NCBI GenBank assembly: GCA_045530745.1
Contig: JAZSCQ010000048.1
Span: forward strand, 49,503 to 113,502
Source: Agathobacter sp.
GTDB lineage: Bacteria; Bacillota; Clostridia; Lachnospirales; Lachnospiraceae
Direction: 5' to 3'
DNA: 64,000 bases
Shown: positions 45,671 to 54,327 of the stretch, one piece after another
Numbering within the stretch: the stretch's first letter is position 1
Layout of the letters: every line of letters begins with the position of its first letter
Notes under the pieces: generated by a model
Seen by the model: only the letters and a program-made list of their open reading frames with translations
The model's database searches: none
What the model was told of the DNA's origin: nothing
Position numbers and translations under genes: made by a program

Positions 45671-48036
45671 TACATTACCTCTGTTGTTTCAGAAACTGCT
45701 TCCATAAAATACATACGCGAAGCAAAGTCTGTTGTAAAACGAATTCCTTCCGCATATCCAGTTGCCCCAAAATTCTGCTTCAGTTTTACACCACCGTCCA
45801 TAAGAAGCTTACCACTTGCTACACAGTCCTCTTTTTCTGCATCCATTTTAACCAGCTTTGCGGCGAGATTATGTAGCGCAGAATCTGGTTTAATGTGGAA
45901 TGGAATTACCTGATTAATCAAACCACCGAAATCCTTGATATTGATTTTAAGCTCACGGTTTGTAAAGTGATATTTCACATCTTCTTCTAATCCCTTTGGT
46001 GAATAGGTTTCAAAATGTGTATTTGGATTGAAAAGCACCTGCATTTCAAAGCCTACTGCACGTTTCTTATCTGGACTTACACAGGTCCATTCAAAGGTAT
46101 TGTCATATACTCTGCCACGATAGAAGGTACCATACTGAAGTACATCTCTCCATTTTTTATAAAGTGCAATCTGTTCCTTCACATCTTTTACATCATCCGA
46201 ACTCATTTCACAAAGATTACATTCATAACCAAGCACACCAAAAGCAGCCACCTGGAAACGGCTCGCCATAGGTGTCTTACGAAGAGTCTGATGGTTTGGA
46301 CAATCGGATACATGTGCACTTACTGTCGACATAGGATATCCATAGCTGTATCCAGTCTGCCCATTTACACGGTAAATAGCATCTGAATCATCACTTGCCC
46401 AAATTTGTGGGAAGTAACAAAGGATACCTAAGTCAAAACGATTACCACCTGATGCACAGCCTTCAAAAAGAATATGTGGAAAACGACTCATCAAAGTATC
46501 ACACATCTTATATAATCCCATCATATATCGATGTCCAACTTCCTTCTGGCGTTCTGGTGGAAGTGCCTGTGAATAATAATCAGAGAAAATACGGTTCATA
46601 TCCCATTTTACATAAGCGATATTGCCATCGGAAAATACTTTTGTCATCGCTTCTGTCATATATTCTACCAATTCAGGATTAGAGAAATCCAAAATTCTCT
46701 GTGTACGGCTTTCAGAATGTGGTTTTCCTGGAATCTCCATAACCCATTCTGGATGTGCACGATAAAGATCACTATTTACGTTTACCATTTCTGGCTCTAC
46801 CCATACACCAAAATCCAAGCCAATTGCATTTACCTTCTTAGCCAGTCCTGCAAGTCCATTTGGAAGTTTCTTCTTATTTGGATACCAGTCTCCAAGCGAC
46901 TGTGTATCATTATCTCTGGTTCCAAACCAACCATCATCCATTACAAAAAGCTCAATTCCTGCTTCTTTTCCTGCTTTTGCAAGCTTTAAGAGTTTACTTT
47001 CATTGATATCAAAATATGCAGCTTCCCAGCTATTAAGAAGTACTGGACGTGGTTTCTTCTTCCATTCACCACGAACAATACATTCTCGTACAAACCGATG
47101 CATATTCTGACTCATGCCGTTATATCCGTTCTTAGAATACGTCATAACTGCTTCTGGTGCTTCAAAACATTCCCCAGGAGCAATATGAAACTGGAAACTT
47201 CTTGGATTGATACCAGTTACAACTCTGGTTTGTCCAAATGCACTCACTTCAACTGCTTCATAATGGTTGCCACTATATATAAGATTCAAACCATAACAGC
47301 TGCCATGGTCTTCTGTAGTTCCTTTCTTAGAAACCATAATAAATGGATTCGCTCTGTTAGAAGAACAGCCACAGTAAGATTCATTTACTACCTTTCCTGC
47401 ATTTACAGTCATGTCATGACGTTTCATCTCTCTCGCCCACGCACCGTGGAAAGTAGTTAGCTCTAAATCTGTTTCATCGAAATCAAGCTGCGCGCTCATA
47501 AGTCTATCTAACACAACTGGTGCGGCACTTGTATTGATAAGTTTTGCCGAACGGGAAATTACATCCTGATTTAAGAAAACAAAATAATGCAATTCTAATG
47601 TCAAATCATAGCTGTGATCCACTAAAGTAATCGTCAGTTCTTCTACCTGATTATTTTCTTCGTAGGAACCTGGCAATGTTTCAAATTTTTGCTTTCCCTG
47701 TGTAATCTTGGCATCTGCAAACACAAAGTCAGAGGTATAACTTCCATCTGCATGTGTTACTTCAATGAAAGGTTCACGGATATCCCCTTTGCCGCCGCCT
47801 GACATTTCCAAACGGATTACTTCTAATGATACATGACTATGCTCTGGGCTATAAGCCACAGAGTTACCAGGAAGGGAAAGTCTCTTTTCTGCAAGAACTG
47901 CAGCTTCCTCTTCTGTGTCAATTGAGATTTTCTCCCCATAATATAAATGCTCCAACTGACCAGATGGAATCACGCCAAATGCATATGTCGTGTTTGGTGT
48001 ATCGAGTACGAATACATTGCCTATTCTACGAATCAT
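45670..48036 (-). CDS. Alpha-galactosidase (GH36)
   Basis: NSWEAAYF, FVMDDGWFG, WVEPEM, YVKWDMNR, CASGGNRFD, WASDDSD. Confidence 0.95.
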   Translation of the reverse strand: MIRRIGNVFVLDTPNTTYAFGVIPSGQLEHLYYGEKISIDTEEEAAVLAEKRLSLPGNSVAYSPEHSHVSLEVIRLEMSGGGKGDIREPFIEVTHADGSYTSDFVFADAKITQGKQKFETLPGSYEENNQVEELTITLVDHSYDLTLELHYFVFLNQDVISRSAKLINTSAAPVVLDRLMSAQLDFDETDLELTTFHGAWAREMKRHDMTVNAGKVVNESYCGCSSNRANPFIMVSKKGTTEDHGSCYGLNLIYSGNHYEAVEVSAFGQTRVVTGINPRSFQFHIAPGECFEAPEAVMTYSKNGYNGMSQNMHRFVRECIVRGEWKKKPRPVLLNSWEAAYFDINESKLLKLAKAGKEAGIELFVMDDGWFGTRDNDTQSLGDWYPNKKKLPNGLAGLAKKVNAIGLDFGVWVEPEMVNVNSDLYRAHPEWVMEIPGKPHSESRTQRILDFSNPELVEYMTEAMTKVFSDGNIAYVKWDMNRIFSDYYSQALPPERQKEVGHRYMMGLYKMCDTLMSRFPHILFEGCASGGNRFDLGILCYFPQIWASDDSDAIYRVNGQTGYSYGYPMSTVSAHVSDCPNHQTLRKTPMASRFQVAAFGVLGYECNLCEMSSDDVKDVKEQIALYKKWRDVLQYGTFYRGRVYDNTFEWTCVSPDKKRAVGFEMQVLFNPNTHFETYSPKGLEEDVKYHFTNRELKINIKDFGGLINQVIPFHIKPDSALHNLAAKLVKMDAEKEDCVASGKLLMDGGVKLKQNFGATGYAEGIRFTTDFASRMYFMEAVSETTEVM

Positions 48037-48061
48037 AATTTTCTTCTCCTAAAAAAATATA

Positions 48062-50497
48062 TTATACAATTTCAAAATCCACTTCTACTGTTTCGCACTG
48101 TGAATTTACAAGACGAACCTTTGCCTTTCCTTTCTCACCAATGGTTTTGACATAAAGTCCACCCATACCGCCCTTTAAAGAAAGTACGTCATTACCAATT
48201 ATTTGAATTGGCCCTTCAACCTCCACTTTAATTGGTTCCTGGTAGAATGGTAACAGATTACCATTTTCATCAATTGCACGAATACGAATAGCTGCTACAT
48301 CATATGTACTGCGTTCGTGTAGCTTAGTATGAGAAACCTTTGTTTCTAATCCTGGCTTTCTCATTGGTTCTTTAATCACGGTTTTTACTACTTCTGCGTT
48401 TTTGATTGCCTCAAAACGATATGAAGTAGCTGTTTCGCCCCAGTTACCAATGTATTTGATATAGAGATTTACCATATCATTTATCTTCATCTTATATTTT
48501 ACAACTGCTTTGCCAATCGTCCAAATAATATGTGGTGGGAAGTTCTGATATCCATGAATTGCCAGGTAATTCAACGCTCCAGCAATCATTTTAGACTGTT
48601 CTTTTGTAAAACCTTCCTCCGTTTCTAACATATCACCAATGAAATCATCAACAAGGATTGGCCCATGGGCAATACCATCAAATGCGGAATCACTTGGTTT
48701 ATATTCCTTGATGAAGTGTCCGTTTTTATACATTTTTACGCTATCTGCATTGGTAAAGATATATACATTTCCAAGATTTGTGGCTGGGTGCTCACCAATA
48801 TCCATAGATGAACTTACTTCCAACACAACATTTTCTTTCTGCTGTGAAGCATATACACTTGCTGCAAGCTTAGCGTTACGGAACATATCCGTTACACCAT
48901 GATAACAAATACGGTCACCACTACCAAAATCCTTGTGTGTATTGTAGTCAAACATACACCAACCGAAGCTGCCCGCAATATCTTCTTCTTTTCCAACAGC
49001 ATTGATTACACGTGCATGGCGAAGTGCATGCTCCAGACGATGCTCTTCCCAGTCAAATGGCTTGGTTGGGTACATATGTCCATTGTATTCCGTAATTAAA
49101 TGTCCCTTTGACATGTCTGAAGTAATATTCTTCTTTGGCTCACATCCCGGCTTCTTTCCATCATGTACAAAGTCGTTATATGTATACACATCCTCATACA
49201 AATGACTCTTTCTAAAGTTACGCACACCACCTGTCTGTCTAGTATCATCTAACTCATGTGCAATACGGTTGGTTTCCATATAGAAAGCATCATCATCCTG
49301 AGATTCATTGATGCGCACACCCCAAATCATGATGGATGGATGATTACGGTACTGCATGACCATATCTTCTACATTCTTACAAGCCTGTTTCTTCCACTCA
49401 TCATCACCAATATGCTGCCAGCCTGGAATCTCCATAAATACGAGCAGACCAATTTCATCACAGCGGTTGATGAAATGATGTGACTGTGGATAATGTGAGT
49501 TTCTTACTGCATTGCAGCCTAGCTCAAATTTTAGGATATCCGCATCATATCTTTGCATACTTTCTGGCATTGCATATCCTACGTATGGGTAACTCTGATG
49601 ACGATTCAATCCACGAATTTTGAATTTCTCACCATTTAAATAGAATCCGTCCGCTCGAAACTCCACACTACGGAATCCAAAAGTTGTTGTGTATGTATCT
49701 TTTACATTATCCTCTGCATCTACAAGCTCTAATGTCAGTTCATATAAATATGGATGATCCACATGCCAATTCATTATATCTGACACGCAATTATTTAATG
49801 TAAATTTAACTTCTTCAACATCTTGTTCAAATACATTTACTGGTAAGAAATATGGATCTTTATCACTAACTGGACAACGCTCTGTATCTTTCCTTGTAAC
49901 AAAGCCTCGAATCAGCATTTTCTTCTCTTGTGCAAGTGTCTCTTCACTAAGTTCCACCTGACATGTAAGTTTTGCCGTTCCGTTTTTCTCTGGTTCTGGC
50001 TTTACAAATACATCCTTGATGTAGGTATTTTCTACCACGTCCATATAGACTTCGCGATAAACACCACCAAAAGTCATATAGTCTATGACAAATCCAAATG
50101 GTGGCTGATTAAGAGTTTCATTGCTATCCACCTTAAGCACCAATACATTGGCTTGTCCATACAACATATGCTTTGTGATATCTACTGTAAAACCTGTGTA
50201 TCCACACGCATGAGAATACACTTCCTGACCATTGATATATAAAGTAGTATGATGTCCTGCTCCTTCACAGGTAAACAGCATGGTTTTTCCCTTCCATGCC
50301 TCTTCTACACGTAAAGTACGACGATAACCACAAACCATCTGGTAATCTTTTTCATCAAAATAGTTATATGGCAATTCTTTGCAGGTATGTGGGAAACGAA
50401 CATCTATCATATCGTTCTCTCCCATTCCCGGGTAGAACAAATTCACGGAAAAATTCTCTGTAAATTTCCATCCCTCATTTAAATATACTCTTCCCAT
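48062..50497 (-). CDS. Glycoside hydrolase family 2 (beta-galactosidase)
   Basis: GLNRHQ, NAVRNSHYP, RNHPSIMIWGVRINE, ITEYNGH, WCMFDY. Confidence 0.93.
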   Translation of the reverse strand: MGRVYLNEGWKFTENFSVNLFYPGMGENDMIDVRFPHTCKELPYNYFDEKDYQMVCGYRRTLRVEEAWKGKTMLFTCEGAGHHTTLYINGQEVYSHACGYTGFTVDITKHMLYGQANVLVLKVDSNETLNQPPFGFVIDYMTFGGVYREVYMDVVENTYIKDVFVKPEPEKNGTAKLTCQVELSEETLAQEKKMLIRGFVTRKDTERCPVSDKDPYFLPVNVFEQDVEEVKFTLNNCVSDIMNWHVDHPYLYELTLELVDAEDNVKDTYTTTFGFRSVEFRADGFYLNGEKFKIRGLNRHQSYPYVGYAMPESMQRYDADILKFELGCNAVRNSHYPQSHHFINRCDEIGLLVFMEIPGWQHIGDDEWKKQACKNVEDMVMQYRNHPSIMIWGVRINESQDDDAFYMETNRIAHELDDTRQTGGVRNFRKSHLYEDVYTYNDFVHDGKKPGCEPKKNITSDMSKGHLITEYNGHMYPTKPFDWEEHRLEHALRHARVINAVGKEEDIAGSFGWCMFDYNTHKDFGSGDRICYHGVTDMFRNAKLAASVYASQQKENVVLEVSSSMDIGEHPATNLGNVYIFTNADSVKMYKNGHFIKEYKPSDSAFDGIAHGPILVDDFIGDMLETEEGFTKEQSKMIAGALNYLAIHGYQNFPPHIIWTIGKAVVKYKMKINDMVNLYIKYIGNWGETATSYRFEAIKNAEVVKTVIKEPMRKPGLETKVSHTKLHERSTYDVAAIRIRAIDENGNLLPFYQEPIKVEVEGPIQIIGNDVLSLKGGMGGLYVKTIGEKGKAKVRLVNSQCETVEVDFEIV

Positions 50498-50522
50498 TCC
50501 ACTTCTCCTCTTTTTCTTATTT

Positions 50523-50975
50523 TTAATCTTCAATCGTTAATACACGCTCACTTACATCTAAAGCCACACTTGCTGGATTCTTCTTATACATATCTAATAA
50601 CAAAGTCCATAAAGTCTGTACCTGATAAGAAAGCATATTGGATGTTTCTACTGCATAAGGAAGCAATGTATGAATATCAAAGTAACGAATTCCAAGCGGT
50701 GGTAGGAATACTAAATTTGTTGATTTCACCTTATCCTGTGCCGTATGAAGCATTTCATAGGTAATCATCAAAAACTCTTTTCCTTTATATTCACAATAAT
50801 AAGAAACATAACACTCATCTACTGTCCAAAGGATGTCATCCTCCATTACCTGTGGTTTACTTGCCGCATCATTATATTCGGTTGTCTGACATTTTACATC
50901 CCAACGAACCTTTCCAGCCTTAGTATCTTTTGTCATGTCCATCAATTGCTTTAATAATTCGTCTTCTTTTTTCAT
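50523..50975 (-). CDS. Hypothetical protein
   Basis: 150-aa ORF with GGAGG RBS, packed within the operon. Confidence 0.7.
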   Translation of the reverse strand: MKKEDELLKQLMDMTKDTKAGKVRWDVKCQTTEYNDAASKPQVMEDDILWTVDECYVSYYCEYKGKEFLMITYEMLHTAQDKVKSTNLVFLPPLGIRYFDIHTLLPYAVETSNMLSYQVQTLWTLLLDMYKKNPASVALDVSERVLTIED

Positions 50976-50988
50976 GACATTTATCCTC

Positions 50989-51831
50989 CTATTTGTCTTC
51001 TACCAACTCTTTATCTATTACGTTATATCGTTCTACTAACACTGCACTTACTACAAAACGATGATCATCATCTGAGGTACATGTAGATAATGTAATAATC
51101 TTGTCATCATCATTAATCTCCAAGCCTGGATTTACCATAGAGTTCGCAAGTAGCTTATTCGCTAACACTCGCCCAGAAGTATATTTTTCCTGATATACAA
51201 AACTATCCGTACCTACCTCCTGATAAGCAAAAATCTGATATCTGCGAATCTCATTTCCAGTAAAAATTTGGAAATACTGGTGCGTATTATAATAATCTTT
51301 TTGTGTTTTATAGTACTTGAGCTTACCAAACATACTTAAATTTTTCATATTGTGACCATACACAATGGTATGCGTATCTGAAAAATCACTACTATGTGTT
51401 GCTTCTATGAAAATACTTCCTGCTGTAGCCTTTTTCCCATCATAGGTTGTACGCAAATATCTGTTATTATCATCTGAATGTAAAACCGGATAGCTAATGG
51501 TTTCATTCTCAAAGAAAATCCAACCAACAATATGAGGATATTTTTTATGTAAACCGTTTAAATCAACAGAAACCATCTGATACCATGGCACTTCTGGCTT
51601 CACTTCTTCCGTATTCGTATCAATCTGCGGATTTTTTTCTGTGTCTACTACTGGTGGTGTGTAAATCTCTACAAATTCACTCTCTAAATCAGCATACTTA
51701 TCAACAGCCTGCTTATATTCACTATATATACCGTATATTCCCCATGCAGAAACACCAATACAGATAATTCCTACAACTATTAACAACAAGCTTGTCACAT
51801 TTAATTTCGACTTATTCTTCATCTTTTTCAT
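50989..51831 (-). CDS. srtB: Class B sortase
   Basis: N-terminal TM, DNNRYL, GSIF, IVYGHNM, ITLSTC, HRFVV. Confidence 0.88.
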   Translation of the reverse strand: MKKMKNKSKLNVTSLLLIVVGIICIGVSAWGIYGIYSEYKQAVDKYADLESEFVEIYTPPVVDTEKNPQIDTNTEEVKPEVPWYQMVSVDLNGLHKKYPHIVGWIFFENETISYPVLHSDDNNRYLRTTYDGKKATAGSIFIEATHSSDFSDTHTIVYGHNMKNLSMFGKLKYYKTQKDYYNTHQYFQIFTGNEIRRYQIFAYQEVGTDSFVYQEKYTSGRVLANKLLANSMVNPGLEINDDDKIITLSTCTSDDDHRFVVSAVLVERYNVIDKELVEDK

Positions 51832-52270
51832 ACTCCTGCATTACTTCTACATAATAATCTACAGCCTCCTTAGAGGTCGCGAATACTTTTATCTCTGGTT
51901 CTTCGCCTCCGTGCTGTATACGAACCTTGTTATAATTTAAATATGCGATTTCTACTCGTATACCATCACGCACATATGAACGTGACATCGCCACATTCTC
52001 TTCCCTATTAAGATGTTCACTGACCATACTCTCCCTTTGAGGGGCTGGCTCTTCCTCAATCTCTTTCACTTCTCCTACCAGTTCAGATTTCTCTACGTCC
52101 TCCTGCTCCACAACTGGTTCTGGCTTCCCTACTGGTTCCAGTTCATCCTCGAATTCTGGAACCAGAGACACCATCTCCACTTCACCTGGTTCCTCCAAGG
52201 AATTGAACAAATCAAACATATTCAGTTGTCCCGTCAGCCCTCTTCTAGCCATTTGTTCTCTCACTTTCAA
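51812..52270 (-). CDS. Acidic hypothetical protein (start may be ATG 52252)
   Basis: Fills the gap between greA and srtB. Glu/Pro-rich linker, N-terminal GQLNMFD. Confidence 0.6.
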   Translation of the reverse strand: MKVREQMARRGLTGQLNMFDLFNSLEEPGEVEMVSLVPEFEDELEPVGKPEPVVEQEDVEKSELVGEVKEIEEEPAPQRESMVSEHLNREENVAMSRSYVRDGIRVEIAYLNYNKVRIQHGGEEPEIKVFATSKEAVDYYVEVMQEYEKDEE

Positions 52271-52275
52271 TCACA

Positions 52276-52779
52276 TTAGAATTTACGAAGCGCATCACTT
52301 CCGTCATCTACTGTATTTTCTATTTTTCTTATTTGAACAAAATATGAGTAATTGTCATTCACTTTTACTTCGCAGCGTTCTCCCACCTTATGTCCATAGA
52401 TAGCCATTCCTAGTGGAGATTCCTTGCTGATTAGATTCTTAAGTGAATTACTACGCACCGTTGTCACAATTTTGTAGATTTCTGTCTCATCATCCTCTTC
52501 AAAATACAACTCGACCGTGTTATTCATACCAACTTCATCTTCAGCAGAGTCTTCTGAAATTACCTTTGCCGTACGAATCATTTTCTCTAAATAACGAATT
52601 CTGCTTTCATTCTCATTCTTAAATTTCTTGGCCGCCTTGTATTCGAAATTCTCGCTCAAATCTCCATGCGCACGCGCTTCTTTGACATCTTCTAAGGCCT
52701 GTTTGCGCACCACCAACTTACGATGCTCTATTTCTTCTTCCATCTTCTGAATATCCTTGGCAGTTAATTCATCATACAT
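52276..52779 (-). CDS. greA: Transcription elongation factor GreA
   Basis: EARAHGDLSENFEYKAAK, ISKESPLGMAI. Confidence 0.93.
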   Translation of the reverse strand: MYDELTAKDIQKMEEEIEHRKLVVRKQALEDVKEARAHGDLSENFEYKAAKKFKNENESRIRYLEKMIRTAKVISEDSAEDEVGMNNTVELYFEEDDETEIYKIVTTVRSNSLKNLISKESPLGMAIYGHKVGERCEVKVNDNYSYFVQIRKIENTVDDGSDALRKF

Positions 52780-52796
52780 CTTCTACAACATCCTTT

Positions 52797-53393
52797 CTAA
52801 AGAGTAACAATTTCCTGTAGCTTCATATCACTAAAATTTCCATCTTCTACATAGAGACTACAGAAGTACCCTTCCTCTAACCATCCTGACCAATACAACT
52901 TGTCCTTTTCCTCTGTATCAATCTTGGTAAAATCCATAGCAAGTCCCTTACCAATGGCCTTGCTATAGCTTTCTTTTCTTGTCCAAAAATGTAACATCAA
53001 GTCTACTTTTTCATCATCATCACAGGACTGGAAATGAATTTCTTCTCCCATCGTCAGACACTTCTTTGCAATACGTTCCAGTTGGTCTATCTTCTCTTCC
53101 GAGAATACACTGCGAAATCTGTTCTCGATATCAATCCCTACTCTTCTGTCGGATAGTACACAGACAACATAGTTACCAGAATGGCTGATACTATAAAAAA
53201 TCTGTTTTGCAAAGCGATCCTTTTCCAATCCAAAATTTAAAAGTATTCCGGCAAGCAACGAACGCTGTTTGTCTACTTCATTTTTACAGCGATGCACCTT
53301 TTCCTGGCGCTCACTATTCATTTTTTCCAGCCACTTATCAAACACCCTCTGGTCTTTAACCAGTTGGATATGTCCATAATATATCTTTAACAT
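52797..53393 (-). CDS. 4'-phosphopantetheinyl transferase (Sfp-like)
   Basis: YSISHSG, VGIDIE, FWTRKESYSKAIGKGL. Confidence 0.88.
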   Translation of the reverse strand: MLKIYYGHIQLVKDQRVFDKWLEKMNSERQEKVHRCKNEVDKQRSLLAGILLNFGLEKDRFAKQIFYSISHSGNYVVCVLSDRRVGIDIENRFRSVFSEEKIDQLERIAKKCLTMGEEIHFQSCDDDEKVDLMLHFWTRKESYSKAIGKGLAMDFTKIDTEEKDKLYWSGWLEEGYFCSLYVEDGNFSDMKLQEIVTL

Positions 53394-53412
53394 TCAATAC
53401 CAACTTCTATTA

Positions 53413-54315
53413 CTAAATAATTCCAATCACGCCACAAAGCAGTACTACAATTCCAAGCACGATACGATACCAGCCAAATACTTTGAAGTCATGCTTACGA
53501 ATATAGCTAAGCAAGAACTTGATTACAAAAATAGAAACCAAAAATGCACTTATCATTCCCACAAGAAGAATCACAATCTCTTCTCCTGATATATTAAATC
53601 CAAAATCCAAAAGTTCTAATAAACTTGCTCCCAACATAACTGGAATAGCTAAAATAAATGTAAATTCACTTGCAGCCTTACGGGAAATCCCAATCAAAAG
53701 TGCTCCAATAATTGTCGCTCCTGAACGAGAGGTTCCTGGGAAAGCTGCTGCAAGAAGCTGGAACACACCAATGAGGGCTGCCATCTTCCATGTTATCTCA
53801 GTCATTTCCATAACAACTGCATTTTTTCCAGCATTACGCGTCTCTACGATGATAAATGCAATACCAAATACGATAAGCGCAATGGATACACCTACTGCAT
53901 TGTAGAACAAAGCATCACATACATCGTCCAAATCTAACACTACGAACACAATTGCAGGCAGACAGGCAACAACAACCTTTAACCAATTAATGATGATTTC
54001 CATCTTTACTGCAACTGGTCCTATTGCCCAGTATTTCTGATTCCAAAATCCTCTTCTACCAAGATTCTTTGAAAAATCTGTTTTCTTTGCCAATGCAAAA
54101 GGCCATATTGTATTCCAAAAAATAAGTACAACTGCAAGAATTGCGCCAAGCTGGATTACAACAAGAAACATATCCCAAAACTCTTTACTTACATTTAATT
54201 TCACAAATTCATTGAGCAGAATCATGTGTCCAGTACTGCTGACCGGAAGCCACTCTGTAATTCCTTCTACTATACCAAATAATAACGCTTTTATAATTTC
54301 AAAAATATTATCCAT
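53413..54315 (-). CDS. uppP: Undecaprenyl-diphosphate phosphatase
   Basis: GIVEGITEWLPVSSTGH, IQLGAILAV, PGTSRSGATI, FGWYRI. Confidence 0.95.
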   Translation of the reverse strand: MDNIFEIIKALLFGIVEGITEWLPVSSTGHMILLNEFVKLNVSKEFWDMFLVVIQLGAILAVVLIFWNTIWPFALAKKTDFSKNLGRRGFWNQKYWAIGPVAVKMEIIINWLKVVVACLPAIVFVVLDLDDVCDALFYNAVGVSIALIVFGIAFIIVETRNAGKNAVVMEMTEITWKMAALIGVFQLLAAAFPGTSRSGATIIGALLIGISRKAASEFTFILAIPVMLGASLLELLDFGFNISGEEIVILLVGMISAFLVSIFVIKFLLSYIRKHDFKVFGWYRIVLGIVVLLCGVIGII

Positions 54316-54327
54316 ATTATCCTCTTT

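Noticed and set aside
50989-51831. Pilus or iron-uptake (Isd) locus around sortase B
   Set aside because: No neighbouring pilin, NEAT or sorting-signal proteins seen.
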